This document shows positions 51,647 through 64,000 of a stretch of DNA of 64,000 nt, one piece after another. The DNA comes from Chrysomallon squamiferum (Eukaryota > Animalia > Mollusca). Made by a program: the position numbers and the translations under genes. The first letter of the stretch is position 1. Each line of letters begins with the position of its first letter. Under the pieces are notes generated by a model. It saw only the letters and a program-made list of their open reading frames with translations, was not told the origin of the DNA and did no database searches. Location of the stretch: contig CM022671.1 of the NCBI GenBank assembly GCA_012295275.1, positions 14,136,001 through 14,200,000 on the forward strand, in the 5' to 3' direction.

Positions 51647-53966
51647 TTGAGAATGTATTATTGTTATTGTTATTATTGTATTATTATTATTATTGTTGTT
51701 GTTGCTACTATTACTACTATTGCTAGTACTAATACTAATACTACTGTTAGTATTAGTATTATTATATCATTATTATTCATTTTGAAAGACAAAAGACTGA
51801 AACAGACAAGCAGTTATTTAAGTTTTAAAAACAACATCATTGAATGCAGTACTGTAATAAAAAAAGAAGAAGAATGCTTCTGCATTGATTTTCTCATTAT
51901 GAATAGGTAATCAATAGAAACACTGAGTAAAACACATCCTATGTCAATACAGCTAATTGTTAGTTTTGTTACAGTCCTGTCTCCTTTATGTGTGGCTGTG
52001 TTGACATTTAGAATGGTTATTCTAGTGCTGCTGCACCAGTTGTAAACTGTAGTAGTAACAGTTTTTAAATTTGTTTTTGATTTAAGTTGTTTGATGTTTG
52101 TTATTGGCATTTGTTACTGAAGTATGATAAGTGACATATTATGATTGTGCATACTAACAAAAACAAAAACAAAAACAAAAACAAAAAAAAAACAATAAAA
52201 AAAACAACAATAACAAATCCAAAATAACAATAAGGAATATAAAGTGCAAAGTAATTTGTTTGAAATCTCTTTATTAATAGTAGGAACTTCATTCTGAGAA
52301 ATAAGTGTGTTATAATGTGGCTACAAATTATTTAAATTCCTACAAAATGATGAATTTCATAAACTAGGCTGATGTCCACAAATTGCTGTATTTTTGAGGT
52401 TGGTGGCTCTTGAATGCATGCTGTAGTATAAAAGTATTGGATTAACTCAGGTATATGATTGAAGACAATATCTGTAATCCACAGTGTAGTGTTGAATAAC
52501 CACAACTAGTAAAGAACCTGATTTTTTTTTTTTTTTTTTTAAATCACACTTCGATTTTTTTTCACCAGTTGAGAAATAAACATATGGTTGTGGCTCAAAA
52601 CCTCAAATGTTTATCCAAATTCAGTGATCTAAATACCACTTTAACTGTATGATACGTTTGTGAAATATTTTGTTGTCAGTTCTTTGTGTGTTACTGACGT
52701 TTACTAGTTTTATACATTAGTGTAATCATTTGTAATCATATACCAGATCATGCACGGTTGTAAAAGGAAAATGCCAATGGTTCAGTGAAGCTTGATTATG
52801 TTACCTGTTAAACCTAACTATTAAACGATAAAAAATACATTTCATAATTAAAAATAATCCTTTTTAATATAAACTGTCATAATTCTTTGACACACACACA
52901 CACAAACAAATGGACACCTGAAACTACATATTCATTTTGATTTCATACTTGCAGAACATTAATGTTCAAGTGTGTAATAAAATACCGTCCTGTTTCAAGA
53001 CACATTAAAATGTACCTTAATACTTTACCTGATTCATCTGTTTGATATTCAGTGAAAATCAATTCACCTTAACAATAAACTGGGTTCATTGACATTCTTA
53101 TAACTTCTCTTTGCTTGAAAGAAAGAAAGAAGAAAAAAAGATGAACATAAATTGTTCGTAACCGAAACAATCAAAACAATTACTTTGACACTGGATTACA
53201 GGTGACAATGAAAGATTAAAAATGTTAATGATAGAGATTAATTAACAACACTCATTACATTTTAGGAATTCGTTAAATTTTTAAAAGTTTTAAGTGTAGA
53301 AAACAAGTAAATAAAGTGACACTGACAGTGGACTGCAGTTGACAGTGAAGGATTAATACTGTTAATTACAGGGGTTAATTGAGACCACTCATTACAGGGT
53401 GGACACAGGAAGTCATTGAAAGATTTTGAAACTGAAGAGTAGAACAGATTAATGGGTTGTAGAAAGATAACTGCAGTTGTGCTGTTTCTGACCAGCTGAA
53501 GATTATTGAACACAGTAAATAGTTCTGAACGTGTCGCCCTGTAGACTTTGTCTGAAAACCGACTTTCACACTGGGCAGCAAACAGCTGCTTGCACCGACT
53601 TCTTTCACCACATTTTAAACAGTTAATGTGTAAATAGAAAAACCAAGGGCAAATATTGATAGAAAAATGTACTTGACTTACTCAAACACTTATTTACATA
53701 ATGCTGTTACATTTTTTATTTACCATATAAAGTAAGCAGAGTTAAAAGTTAAACAAACTGTCATTTCTTGTAATAATGTACACACATACCTACACTAACT
53801 GTGGGGCAGGGTGTAGCCTAGAATAGTCATTAAAACAGGTGATATAAACAAATCTCTCTGTACACATTGGAATTATCCTTTCACAACAGTGCTCCTTGAT
53901 TGGTGTATCATTGCAGATAATTATAAATTTATGCACACATGAACATGCATGTAAACTCACAGACAT

Positions 53967-54006
<40 letters not shown>

Positions 54007-54191
54007 ACACAGACACACACACACACACACACACACACACAGCACATCTTCAAACTGCCAGTCAGCAGTTTCTTTCTCATGTATTGATCACAGGCAAACA
54101 TCGTGTAAATAATATTCCATTTTATTTTTATTTTTTTTTTTTTTTTAGTTGGAATGTTTACATCAGTATTTTATATGCACAAGCATTTGAT

Positions 54192-54236
<45 letters not shown>

Positions 54237-55010
54237 TTTATTTATGTATTTTTTCTTCTTGTTTCTAGTTTATTTTTTATGCTTCTATCAAAGAGAATTT
54301 AATTCTACTGTTTAAGGCTGAATTCTGTGTAAAAAATTTAACATGGCTTTTTAAGACAGTAATATTAAATTAATGTAATATCTGTAGTATTTATGCAGAA
54401 TGTCAGATTTTATTTTATGCATTAGTTTTTGTTTCCTTGATGTTATTTTTCATTTAAAAAGACTAAGTCAATAGATATCACATTTCATTTTCAAAATGGT
54501 CTTTAATGATCTAAACCAGCAGCTGAACACTAAAGGAAAAAATAAATATTGTGTGTTTGTAAATAAGTAATTTATCAAAGTAAATACAGTTAAAAATATG
54601 CGAATGTATCTAGTCATCACATTTTTTCCAGTGTTTATACTGAGGCAAGAGATATGTTATATAACTGCACTTTGAATCTATACATAGACTGAACGAAAGG
54701 TAAATGATAAATAAAACATGAGATAAAATGCCTGCAGATATGTTTGTATATCATTCAGCAGCTTGTATGGATTAAAACTAAGGAAGTAGGCAACATCTAA
54801 GCCACAGAGCGCACAGGTAATCAATAATCTTTCAGACCAGAGAAAATCACTGCAGTGAGATAGACTGCATTAATCAAGAAACAGACGTCACACTGTATCT
54901 GAGAAAACTGCCGGTTTAGGAATATTTTATGTGGAAATTTCTCTGCTGTTAATTGTTAAGTGTTCTAAAATTATGAATATAAAAAAAAAAATTGTTCATT
55001 TTATAAGTAA

Positions 55011-55070
<60 letters not shown>

Positions 55071-58000
55071 GTTTACTTTTTATTATTATTATTATGTTGT
55101 TGTTGTTTTGGTTTTTTTTCGATATAATAAAAACACATTTACATGTTAATGAAATGACATAATAAGTCCATGGCTTAGTTGCCACTAATTTCATTCTCTG
55201 TATTTCCAAATGACTGTTTTAATTCACTAGTGGCTGGTATTTGTTAATAGAGACTGCATGCAGGTGGTTATACTGCTTCTTTCACTGAACTGATAGAAAT
55301 CAGGGGTTTTGAATAGGGAAAATAAATGGGGTGCATGCAGGCAATTTTTATGAGTTTCTTTTATTTATTATTTCACTGTTGGCCTACAGAAACACATGAA
55401 ACTATGTGAATGATTCAGTGTAAACAGTACTGCTATTTTAGTGTATTATTTGCAGAAGCTTCTCACATAACAATCAGAGTTGTTACACATTGAGCTATAA
55501 AAAGCCATTACTTCATATCTGGTTTATCAGGTACTTGTGTTTTCCTGCTGTCTACAAGAAGGCATATTTCTAGCTGCTAATAGAAAAAAAAGATTATATA
55601 TATTTTATTGGAATTTATTTGTCAAATTTATTAAAACTATGATATATATATATATATATATACACACAGAAACACATGAAACTATGTGAATGATTCATTT
55701 AAACAGTATTGCTATTTTAGTGTATTTTATTTGTGGAAGCTTATCACATAACAGTCAGAGTTGTTTCTGCTATAAAAAGCCATTACTTCATATCTGGTTT
55801 ATCAGGTACTTGTGTTTTCCTGCTGTCTATGAGAAGGCATATTTCTAGCTGCTAATAGAAAAAAAAAGATTATATATATTTTATTGGAATTTATTAGTCA
55901 AATTTATTAAAACTATAATATATATATATATATATATACACAGAAACACATGAAACTATGTAAATGATTCATTTAAACAGTATTGCTATTTTAGTGTATT
56001 TTATTTGTGGAAGCTTCTCACATAACAATCAGAGTTGTTTCTATAATATAGTGTACACACTGAGCTATAAAAAGCCATTACTTCATATCTGGTTTATCAG
56101 GTACTTGTGTTTTCCTGCTGTCTACGAGAAGGCATATTTCTAGCTGCTAATAGAAAAAAAAGATTATATATATTTCATTGGAATTTATTAAATACTATAT
56201 ATATATTTTTATAAAGTTGATTAATAAACGCCAATAAAATTGTTCATACACTGACCAAGTTCAACCAACTATTTTTATAAATATCTCTCAAATGTGTTGA
56301 GCACCTGACAGTGACATTAACCAGTTGTTATTGACAGTCAGGTATTTTTGCACATCATTACTAACACACACATAATCCAACTTTCGTCTATTTTCAGTCT
56401 AAATGTCATTAGTCCCCGATAATTTAGCTTTGCACATCCAACTTTGAATCTGTTTCCAGGCCGACACATAATGTATATAATATTAGTAACTTTTAAATCA
56501 GGCTGTAGGATGGTTCTGATTTGTAAACATCCAGAGCAGTTAGTGAGGGTATAAGTAGAATCACAGGTGAAAAAATTTGATTAAAAAAAAAGTTTCTACT
56601 TTTCAAGTAATATTCCATCTGAATATCATTTGATGTATAAATCAGATCTTGCTTTAAATAGACTGTTATGGTGTCATTCCAATATTACTCTAAAATACTT
56701 TTTAAAAAACAAATCTTCCATATTTTTATGACAGCAATCTACTTTGACATTTGGTTTTAAAAAGAAATACTTTTTTTTTAATTTACTTTAATAGTAAAGT
56801 GTAAATCAATATTCATGCAAGCTCTGGAGTTCAAAAACAACAAAGAAACAACAAAGAAACAACAACAAAAAAACACAAAAAAACAATCTATTGAACCACA
56901 TTGTTCACAAAATCTTTTCTGCCAGTTATATTAATAATACATTTCCAGCTCTTATTTCTAGAACATCTGAAAAAAAAGAAGGAAAAAGGAGTGAATAAAT
57001 TTAAAATGTAGTTTAAAGGGTTTTAAAAAAAATAGTTTATCCTAGTGTGTAGAAATAAAAACTGACAATTGCAGTATGTTGGTATATTTTACACTTTATT
57101 TAAATATTCTGTTTTCTTTTTTTTTACTTTCAGAGCCTTCTCCATTGTTGATTCTTCTAGACTGTCTACGTTTGTCATTTCCATTCTGCTCATTGTGTAT
57201 GGCAGTTTTAGGTAAGTTTTAAGCAAATTTAAAAAAAAAATAATAAAAAAAGCACATGAGTATCCCAAACAATTTTTTCCTTACCACCTTCAGAAAAAAG
57301 CTGAACATAAAAAAAAGTGTAAACTGCATTTTTAATGCCATAAATAAGTTAAACTGCATTTTTAGATGTTTCTGCACTAAATAAAATAAAAACATAATTT
57401 AAAAAAAAAAATAATAATAATAATAAAAATAAGGAAAAAGAGAAATAGTTTAAATCCAGTTATTACAGGAAAAAAATGTAAGTGAAGAGACCAGATCTCT
57501 AAAAGTAACTTGATTCACATGATGCAGCTGAAGTAGGTTTACTTAATTGAGTTATTGTATTTGTCAATAGTGGTGAAGTGTTCAAATAAATATTTATATA
57601 AATAGCTACTTATTTGAATATGGTTATTTTATTTGTTATTACTAAAACTGAATATATATATATATTTTTTTTTTTATATATTTTTTTTCATCATTTTAAA
57701 CTGTCTCTCTGTTCAGTTATTTCAGTTACCACTGCCATAATGTAATGTTAAAAAGGAGCTGCACATTATGTTTTTTTGATATATTTATACACGTATTAAC
57801 TTATAAACATATCTAAAAACATAACTAAATACAGCGGTAGATTATTTTTTAAGTAGTTTAGACATTGACAGCACTCATTGTCAAGTGGGATTCATGCAAC
57901 ATGTATGAAAATAATTAAATGTAATTAGGATTTAGTGCCAAACAAGACTGGAATAGACATGATCTTAGTGACTTTTTGATTGGGTCTTTAATTACACATC

Positions 58001-58236
58001 AGCACATCTAGAATTTACTTGTTTTTGATTTCCCTGATCTACTTCTACTGATTATTTTGTGGTCTTCTCACAGATACTAGAAAGTGGTTGGAATGGGTGA
58101 AAAAACCAACATGAATTGTATTTAGGAGCTGTGAATTGCAGAGTTGAAGAATTCTGAATTTATATAAAATGTAATTTTCACTGGAGTATTGATCATATGA
58201 ACTAATACGTTTTCATAAATAAAACTGAAATTTATG

Positions 58237-58267
<31 letters not shown>

Positions 58268-61200
58268 CCCAACAGGTGGCTAAAAGGTTTAAAATCATCA
58301 TAACGGGCCTTGAATATATAGAGAATATATATTAACATGATATTTTTGAAACAGGCAGAGTAAAATAAAAATAAAAAGTGGAATTGGCTGTAATAACCAA
58401 TGTAATATAAAAATGTAGTTTTGTAATCATTTACAGGTAAACAAACAAAACAGATAATGCAGAAGTGAGACATGTTAGAATGAAATGAGATGTGACAATT
58501 TGTAGCCTGCGTATTTATAACTACATCAGTTAAACCGATACTGTAGTACTTCTTTTAAAGATTAGAAAAAATAAAATAAAACAAATAAGAAAATAAATAA
58601 AGAAGGAAAGAAAATGGTTGAATTTTTCAGGGAATGAATTACAACAGTCGTCAGCTAATTTCATTTTATACTTGACAGGTTTATTATTGTTTTTATAAAA
58701 TTGTTAACAACATCTGCTGCCAGTGATTTTAAGCAGCTGACATTTTTTTAACTGAACCTCCTTCAGATTGGATTTTCTGTCAATAAAGTTTATTTTTTTA
58801 AATATCATTGTAAAACTGTTGTTATGAGTTTTATAAATTTCAATAATTACACTTGTAAACTGTTGGTAAGAATTTTTTTTTTACTTCACACTGAGATAGA
58901 CATTAAAATTGTTAAAAAAAATAAAAAAAAAAAAAAATGAAAAATAAAATATGATATAATATTAAAATAAGTTTTGAAAAAATACCAAGGCAGAAAAGTA
59001 ATTTATCAAATATTTATATTGTATCTTCATTCAGTAAATATTTGGCAAATAAAATTGTTTGTTCGGACTAGTTATTGACGTTCTCATTGTTGCTGTTTAC
59101 ATTAAACAACAGATGCAGACGTCTGGGTGGCAGTATCAGACATCACAATCTTGTCAACCTGTTTCATATAAATACATACTGCAGAAAATAACAGTTTATT
59201 TTTTAATGTCAGTAACCCTCTCAGTTAATAACCCTCCCAGGTTAAAATCCCTCCCAGGTTAAAATCCCAGTAGTTTGACTCTCACCAGATCAAAGACCCA
59301 CCCCCCTCCCCAGAATAAAATCCCTCTGAGTTAATAACCTTTCTAGGTTCAAAGGACTCATATACTAACATTTGAAAAATAAAATATTTCCAAATTGAAG
59401 ATCCTTCAGATGTATGTAAATGTAGTGTTTATATATACACAGTGACAAAGCACATTCAGACTGAGTCACCTTTTCAAACACTGGCCATTCACAGGTGGAG
59501 TTCTAGTGCAAGAAATGCAATGTCCTTCACTAGAGAAAGAAATACTGTGAGAAAAGCATAGACTGAAAAACCTCTCTTTAGCTGTTTTATTGTTTTTCTG
59601 AGAGCTTAGTCTGTGAGTGAAAAAGTATGTGAGACTTGATTCAGTGGTTATCATGTTCCCAGGGACTGAAAGTCCAGAATGCACCCACAGCTGAGCAGAG
59701 TTTGCAGAGCAGGTTCTGGGCATAAATAATCTCTTTATAGTGGATAAATTGATTCTTCTTCTCTTTAACTGCGACTAGAAAGATATATATCCATTTGGTC
59801 CAGTCAGTCAGTTACATAACCAGAAATGTGGTGACACAAATTTACTTTTCCTTGCAAAATCAAACGGTTGTTTTTAAAAATGTTCACAAAAATAATAGGG
59901 GGTGGTTTTCTGATATTATAACATTTCATTTGGTTACTGAAAGAAAATTAATGTGAGCCATTTTGATCTACCAAAGATTAACTGTCATATGTCTGCTTTG
60001 TTTTTATTTCAAGTCTTGTATACAGAAACGGTAGCCTCTTTATTATCTGTGGGATTGTGTTTATTTTCTCAACCTTTATTATCAGGAAAGACTGATTTGC
60101 AAATCTACAAAAATATTTGTTTTCGTCATTTAGTTTATTCTGTTATTTGTATCAGTGTTTCAGAGTTCAATCAGTTGTAGCTATAAGAACACAGAGGTTT
60201 TCATGTGCTGTGTGTAATTAAAACACTCTCATAGTTAATGTAGTTTGTCATTTCCTTCTGTTAGGCATCTCAGTAAAAACCCATGTGTTCTGTCTGACAC
60301 ACAGTCATTCACAAGTTTTTCTTTCTTTAGCTGCAGAGTGTGTATACATGTACATTTTATTTTATTTTGTTTTATTTTATTTTATTTTAAAGATCCCTGA
60401 ACATAGAGCGAGAAAACAAAGAAAAAGAGAAAGAAAGAGAAAAGTTGGGCACATTCTCATCCACGTCCACCTGCAATGATGAAACACGTATGTTACTTTG
60501 TTACACAGTGTTATACCTGTAGTACAGTACACAACCTGTTACATTCTCACCCTTGTAAATTTAATAGTGGCATTTCAACACAATGCTATTTTGATTGTAT
60601 ACGCTTTGTTATGCCATAATTGATTGGCATGTTTCTTATTTGTTTACAGATGAAAGCAGTTTTTATTGACTAGTAGTAGATGATTGAGTTGTTCATACAT
60701 TAAAAGAATAGTTGTGGTGGTTTGATGGAAGTGTCAAAAAAAAAAAAAAAAAAATTCAGGATCATATCTCACAGATGATATAATTAAATATGTACAAAAA
60801 GTTATTTTTTTAATGTTGTGCTTATATATATTTATACACACACAGAGAAATCAATTATCAGGTTTATATAAACATAACAATTGTTTCTAAATATACTTAT
60901 AATATATTTCAGAAAATATTGCTTTCTGCTAAAGATCAAAATATAATTAAATTATTCACATAAATATATATGCATTTCAAGCACACCATATATATATATA
61001 TATATATATACCACATTTATTAGTATTTAATGTCATTGTATATTTTTAACACTGTATTTATAGTGTTTTTGAATGAAAGTCACTTAGTAACATAATGTAA
61101 CAGATTTGTTTACTCTCTTACAGAAGTACAGACAATTGACACGTGCCAGGCCATGTTCCTGCCCCTGGGAGCCTCTGCGTCCCTCCTCATCATGTTCCTC

Positions 61201-61522
61201 TTTTTTGACTCACTTCAAATGGTCTTTGCCATCTTCACAGCCAGTAAGTTTACATTCTAGTACAAACTAACAGTAATCATTTGCTTTGCAGTAATGTATT
61301 TCATGGTAACAATTGTTGTTGTTGTTGTTTTTTTTATTTTTATTATTATTATTATTTTATCATTTATTTTATTTTATTTTATTTTTTTTTTTTTTTTATT
61401 CATATTATTTCATATAACTTAAACAAATGTCTCAAATATAGTTCTGTATATAATTAGGATATTTTTATTTTTTATTTTTGTATATAAAATCTCTCTTTCT
61501 GTCTCCTATCTGTAAAAACACA

Positions 61523-61583
<61 letters not shown>

Positions 61584-63728
61584 AGTCACTCATATATATA
61601 TATATATACCTGTTTTGTTTCAGTTCTTGCCACAGTGGCGTTTGCCTTCCTCCTGCTACCAATGTGCCAGTACATGATGCAGCCATGCTCCAGTGGGCAG
61701 AAGTAGGTGTACATCACACAACACAAATCTCTTACTTGACATCACATTTTACTTGCTTCTTAACAGTTGCTTAGAAACGCTCATTAGCAAAATGAAAAAT
61801 TAAAAGGAAAAATAATTTTTACGCTAATAACATAATGAATGAATCAATAGTTAATTGAAATTAAAGATAAATATAATTTGTATTGAATGCTCAAGGTTGC
61901 TTTTTCTCTGTGTGTGTTATTTTATTATCTTGGTTGGAATACTTTTGAAAATTAAATATATTTGATTATTCAAGACTTTATTAATCAGTTTTTGTGGAAT
62001 TATTTTGGAGGGTCTCCTATGTTTTTTTAACTTACAGTTTAAATTTATTTAATTTTTTAATTCAGAATTTCCTTTGGTGTATGTGGTCGGTTCACAGCAG
62101 CAGAAATCATGTCATTTTGTATGTCTTTTATCATTGTCTGCATCTGGATACTGACTGGACACTGGCTACTCATGGACGGTGAGTTATCTTGTCCATCAGC
62201 TTCTCCTTTATTCTCTGCCTGCTATCAGTTCTATGTAAAACAGTTTAGTAACTTTTACATGACAGTTTCTGGTCAAGTTTCAGTTTTGCTTGTTAGTTTT
62301 AATCGTAGTTATGCAAATGTACATATTTACTTTGACTTTAATATTACACATCAAACCCTGCTTGGAGAAAACATTTTATTATTATTATAATACAAAAAAA
62401 TATACACTGTAACTTGTTTGTGTTACATTGTTATATAAATGTATTACACTGATGTTACTGTGTAGTACAGAACACTATCAATCTGTGTTACTAATTATCA
62501 GTTTATTAACACTCAGTATTACAATGTATCTCAATTCTGTTTCAGCTTTAGGAATGGGTCTCTGTGTGGCGTTTATAGCACTGGTTCGACTACCCAGTTT
62601 AAAAGTGTCTACCCTCTTACTCATAGGATTACTGATCTATGATGTATTCTGGGTAAGTACATTGTTATTTTTATGTTATAAATTTATGTTACAGGCATGA
62701 AAAAGATATTCCCATGAATATTGGTAAATAGTGTTTATTACATTAGAGTGAGACCAAAGTCTAAAATTAAAAATTAAATAAAATTAAATAAAATTAAATA
62801 AAAATTCTCATTTGTATTTGAATTATTATTTATTTTTCTATTACTTAAGTATATTTATAATTATGTTTGTATAATGTAAAATTATTATTATTATTATTAT
62901 TATTTTTATTTTTTTTATTTTTTATTTTTTATAAACAAGACAAACAATTTAAAAAAAAATAACGAGTACAATTTTCTAAAAAAATTTTTTAATCCAATTG
63001 TTAACTTTCGTTTTCAGGTGTTTTTCTCCTCCTATATATTTAGTGCCAATGTGATGGTTAAAGTTGCCACCCGACCAGCAGAAAATCCTGTAAGTTTATT
63101 CATCTGTTGTCAGTTATAAATATTATATTTATATAATACCTTAGTACAGGTAGATTTCAAACATTCTGTAGCAGTAACAAGTAATGCTATATGCTTGAAA
63201 CAAATTTTTACAGGTGTTTTTTTTTTAATATTTAGTTTAGCATTTGTTTAGTTTAGTTTTGTTCTGTTAATTTTATTATCTCAGTATGCTATTTGTGAAC
63301 TTAATTAATTCAAACATTATTTTATTTTATTTTCTTTTTTAATTTTTATTTTTCTTGTGCTGGTTTATTTGGCATTGTTAACAAATAACCACTAATGAAT
63401 TTAATAAGAAGGCCATAAAAAAGAAATTTTTATTTTTTATTTATAGTTTTATCTTATAAGTACTCCTAATGAAATTACACAAAACACTTAATAATGGCCT
63501 TTAATTAAAATTTCACTGGAGTCAGTTTCAGTTTTCTCTGTCACTTCCTCTCGTGTGATGTTAATTATTATGTCCCCAGTCACTGTACCTGGATCTCAAA
63601 CATTGCCTCAGTGCTTAACCTGCCTGCTCTTCATTGCAGGTTGGCTTGTTTGCCAAAAAGTTACATTTAACCGGGTTGATGAGAGACGCTCCCAAACTTT
63701 CTCTGCCTGCAAAACTAGTTTTCCCAAG
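51541..63728 (+). CDS. SPPL3: Signal peptide peptidase-like 3 (GxGD intramembrane aspartyl protease), first 9 coding exons; 3' part beyond the window
   Basis: Exons 51541-51578 (acceptor AG ends at 51522), 57134-57211, 60393-60487, 61124-61243, 61624-61702, 62066-62178, 62546-62652, 63018-63089, 63640-63728; GT-AG, phases consistent. [63 protein letters not shown] (catalytic YD), NVMVKVAT and SLPAKLVFP match SPPL3. The ATG exon is the least certain. Confidence 0.95.
55387..56205. repeat. Three tandem copies of a ~275-280-bp unit separated by (TA)n, in the SPPL3 intron after the ATG exon
   Basis: cagaaacacatgaaactatg starts at 55387, 55667 and 55941; each copy carries gctataaaaagccattacttcatatctggtttatcaggtacttgtgttttcctgctgtcta. 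Confidence 0.95.
59212..59350. repeat. Degenerate ~17-bp tandem array (ccctcccaggttaaaat), probably a transposon-internal repeat
   Basis: taaccctctcagttaa / taaccctcccaggttaa / aatccctcccaggttaa / aatccctctgagttaa variants. Confidence 0.7.
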
Positions 63729-63761
63729 GTGAGAATCTTCGTTAAAAACATATATATACAT

Positions 63762-63771
63762 ATATACATAA

Positions 63772-63855
<84 letters not shown>
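63762..63855. repeat. (TA)n microsatellite
   Basis: Direct reading. Confidence 0.95.
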
Positions 63856-63858
<3 letters not shown>

Positions 63859-64000
63859 ATATAAATTTACTGATAAACAGCTGATTACAGTTATCTCACC
63901 TGTTTATTACAACTGCATATTATAGAATTTTTGCATTTAGTCTGAAGTAAAATGTTTATTTCTTTACAATTTATTACTATTTATGTATTTACAATTGTTG

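Overview
Very AT-rich, intron-rich animal genomic DNA. Gene content, microsatellites, patchy CpG and repeat style suggest a mollusc, possibly a gastropod (inference only). By hand-tracing splice sites I find six protein-coding loci: the first coding exon of TRAF4 (- strand, rest outside the window), complete TIMM22 (4 exons), complete SWAP70/DEF6-like (9 exons), an intronless Tantalus/PRR14-domain ORF (- strand), complete SUDS3 (9 exons, one a U12-type AT-AC intron) and the 5' part of SPPL3 (9 coding exons, running off the right end). Best leads: (1) the SUDS3 AT-AC junction is 1 nt out of frame, while neighbouring AA and AG acceptors would restore frame; (2) a 200-codon acidic C-terminal extension of SWAP70 is separated from the CDS by one extra A in an (AAT)n microsatellite; (3) the intronless Tantalus-domain gene has its own motif-rich promoter and an in-frame upstream relic. 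Tandem repeats and transposon remnants are also present. Both frameshifts could be assembly indel errors. All homology calls are from recalled protein and repeat sequences, not database searches.
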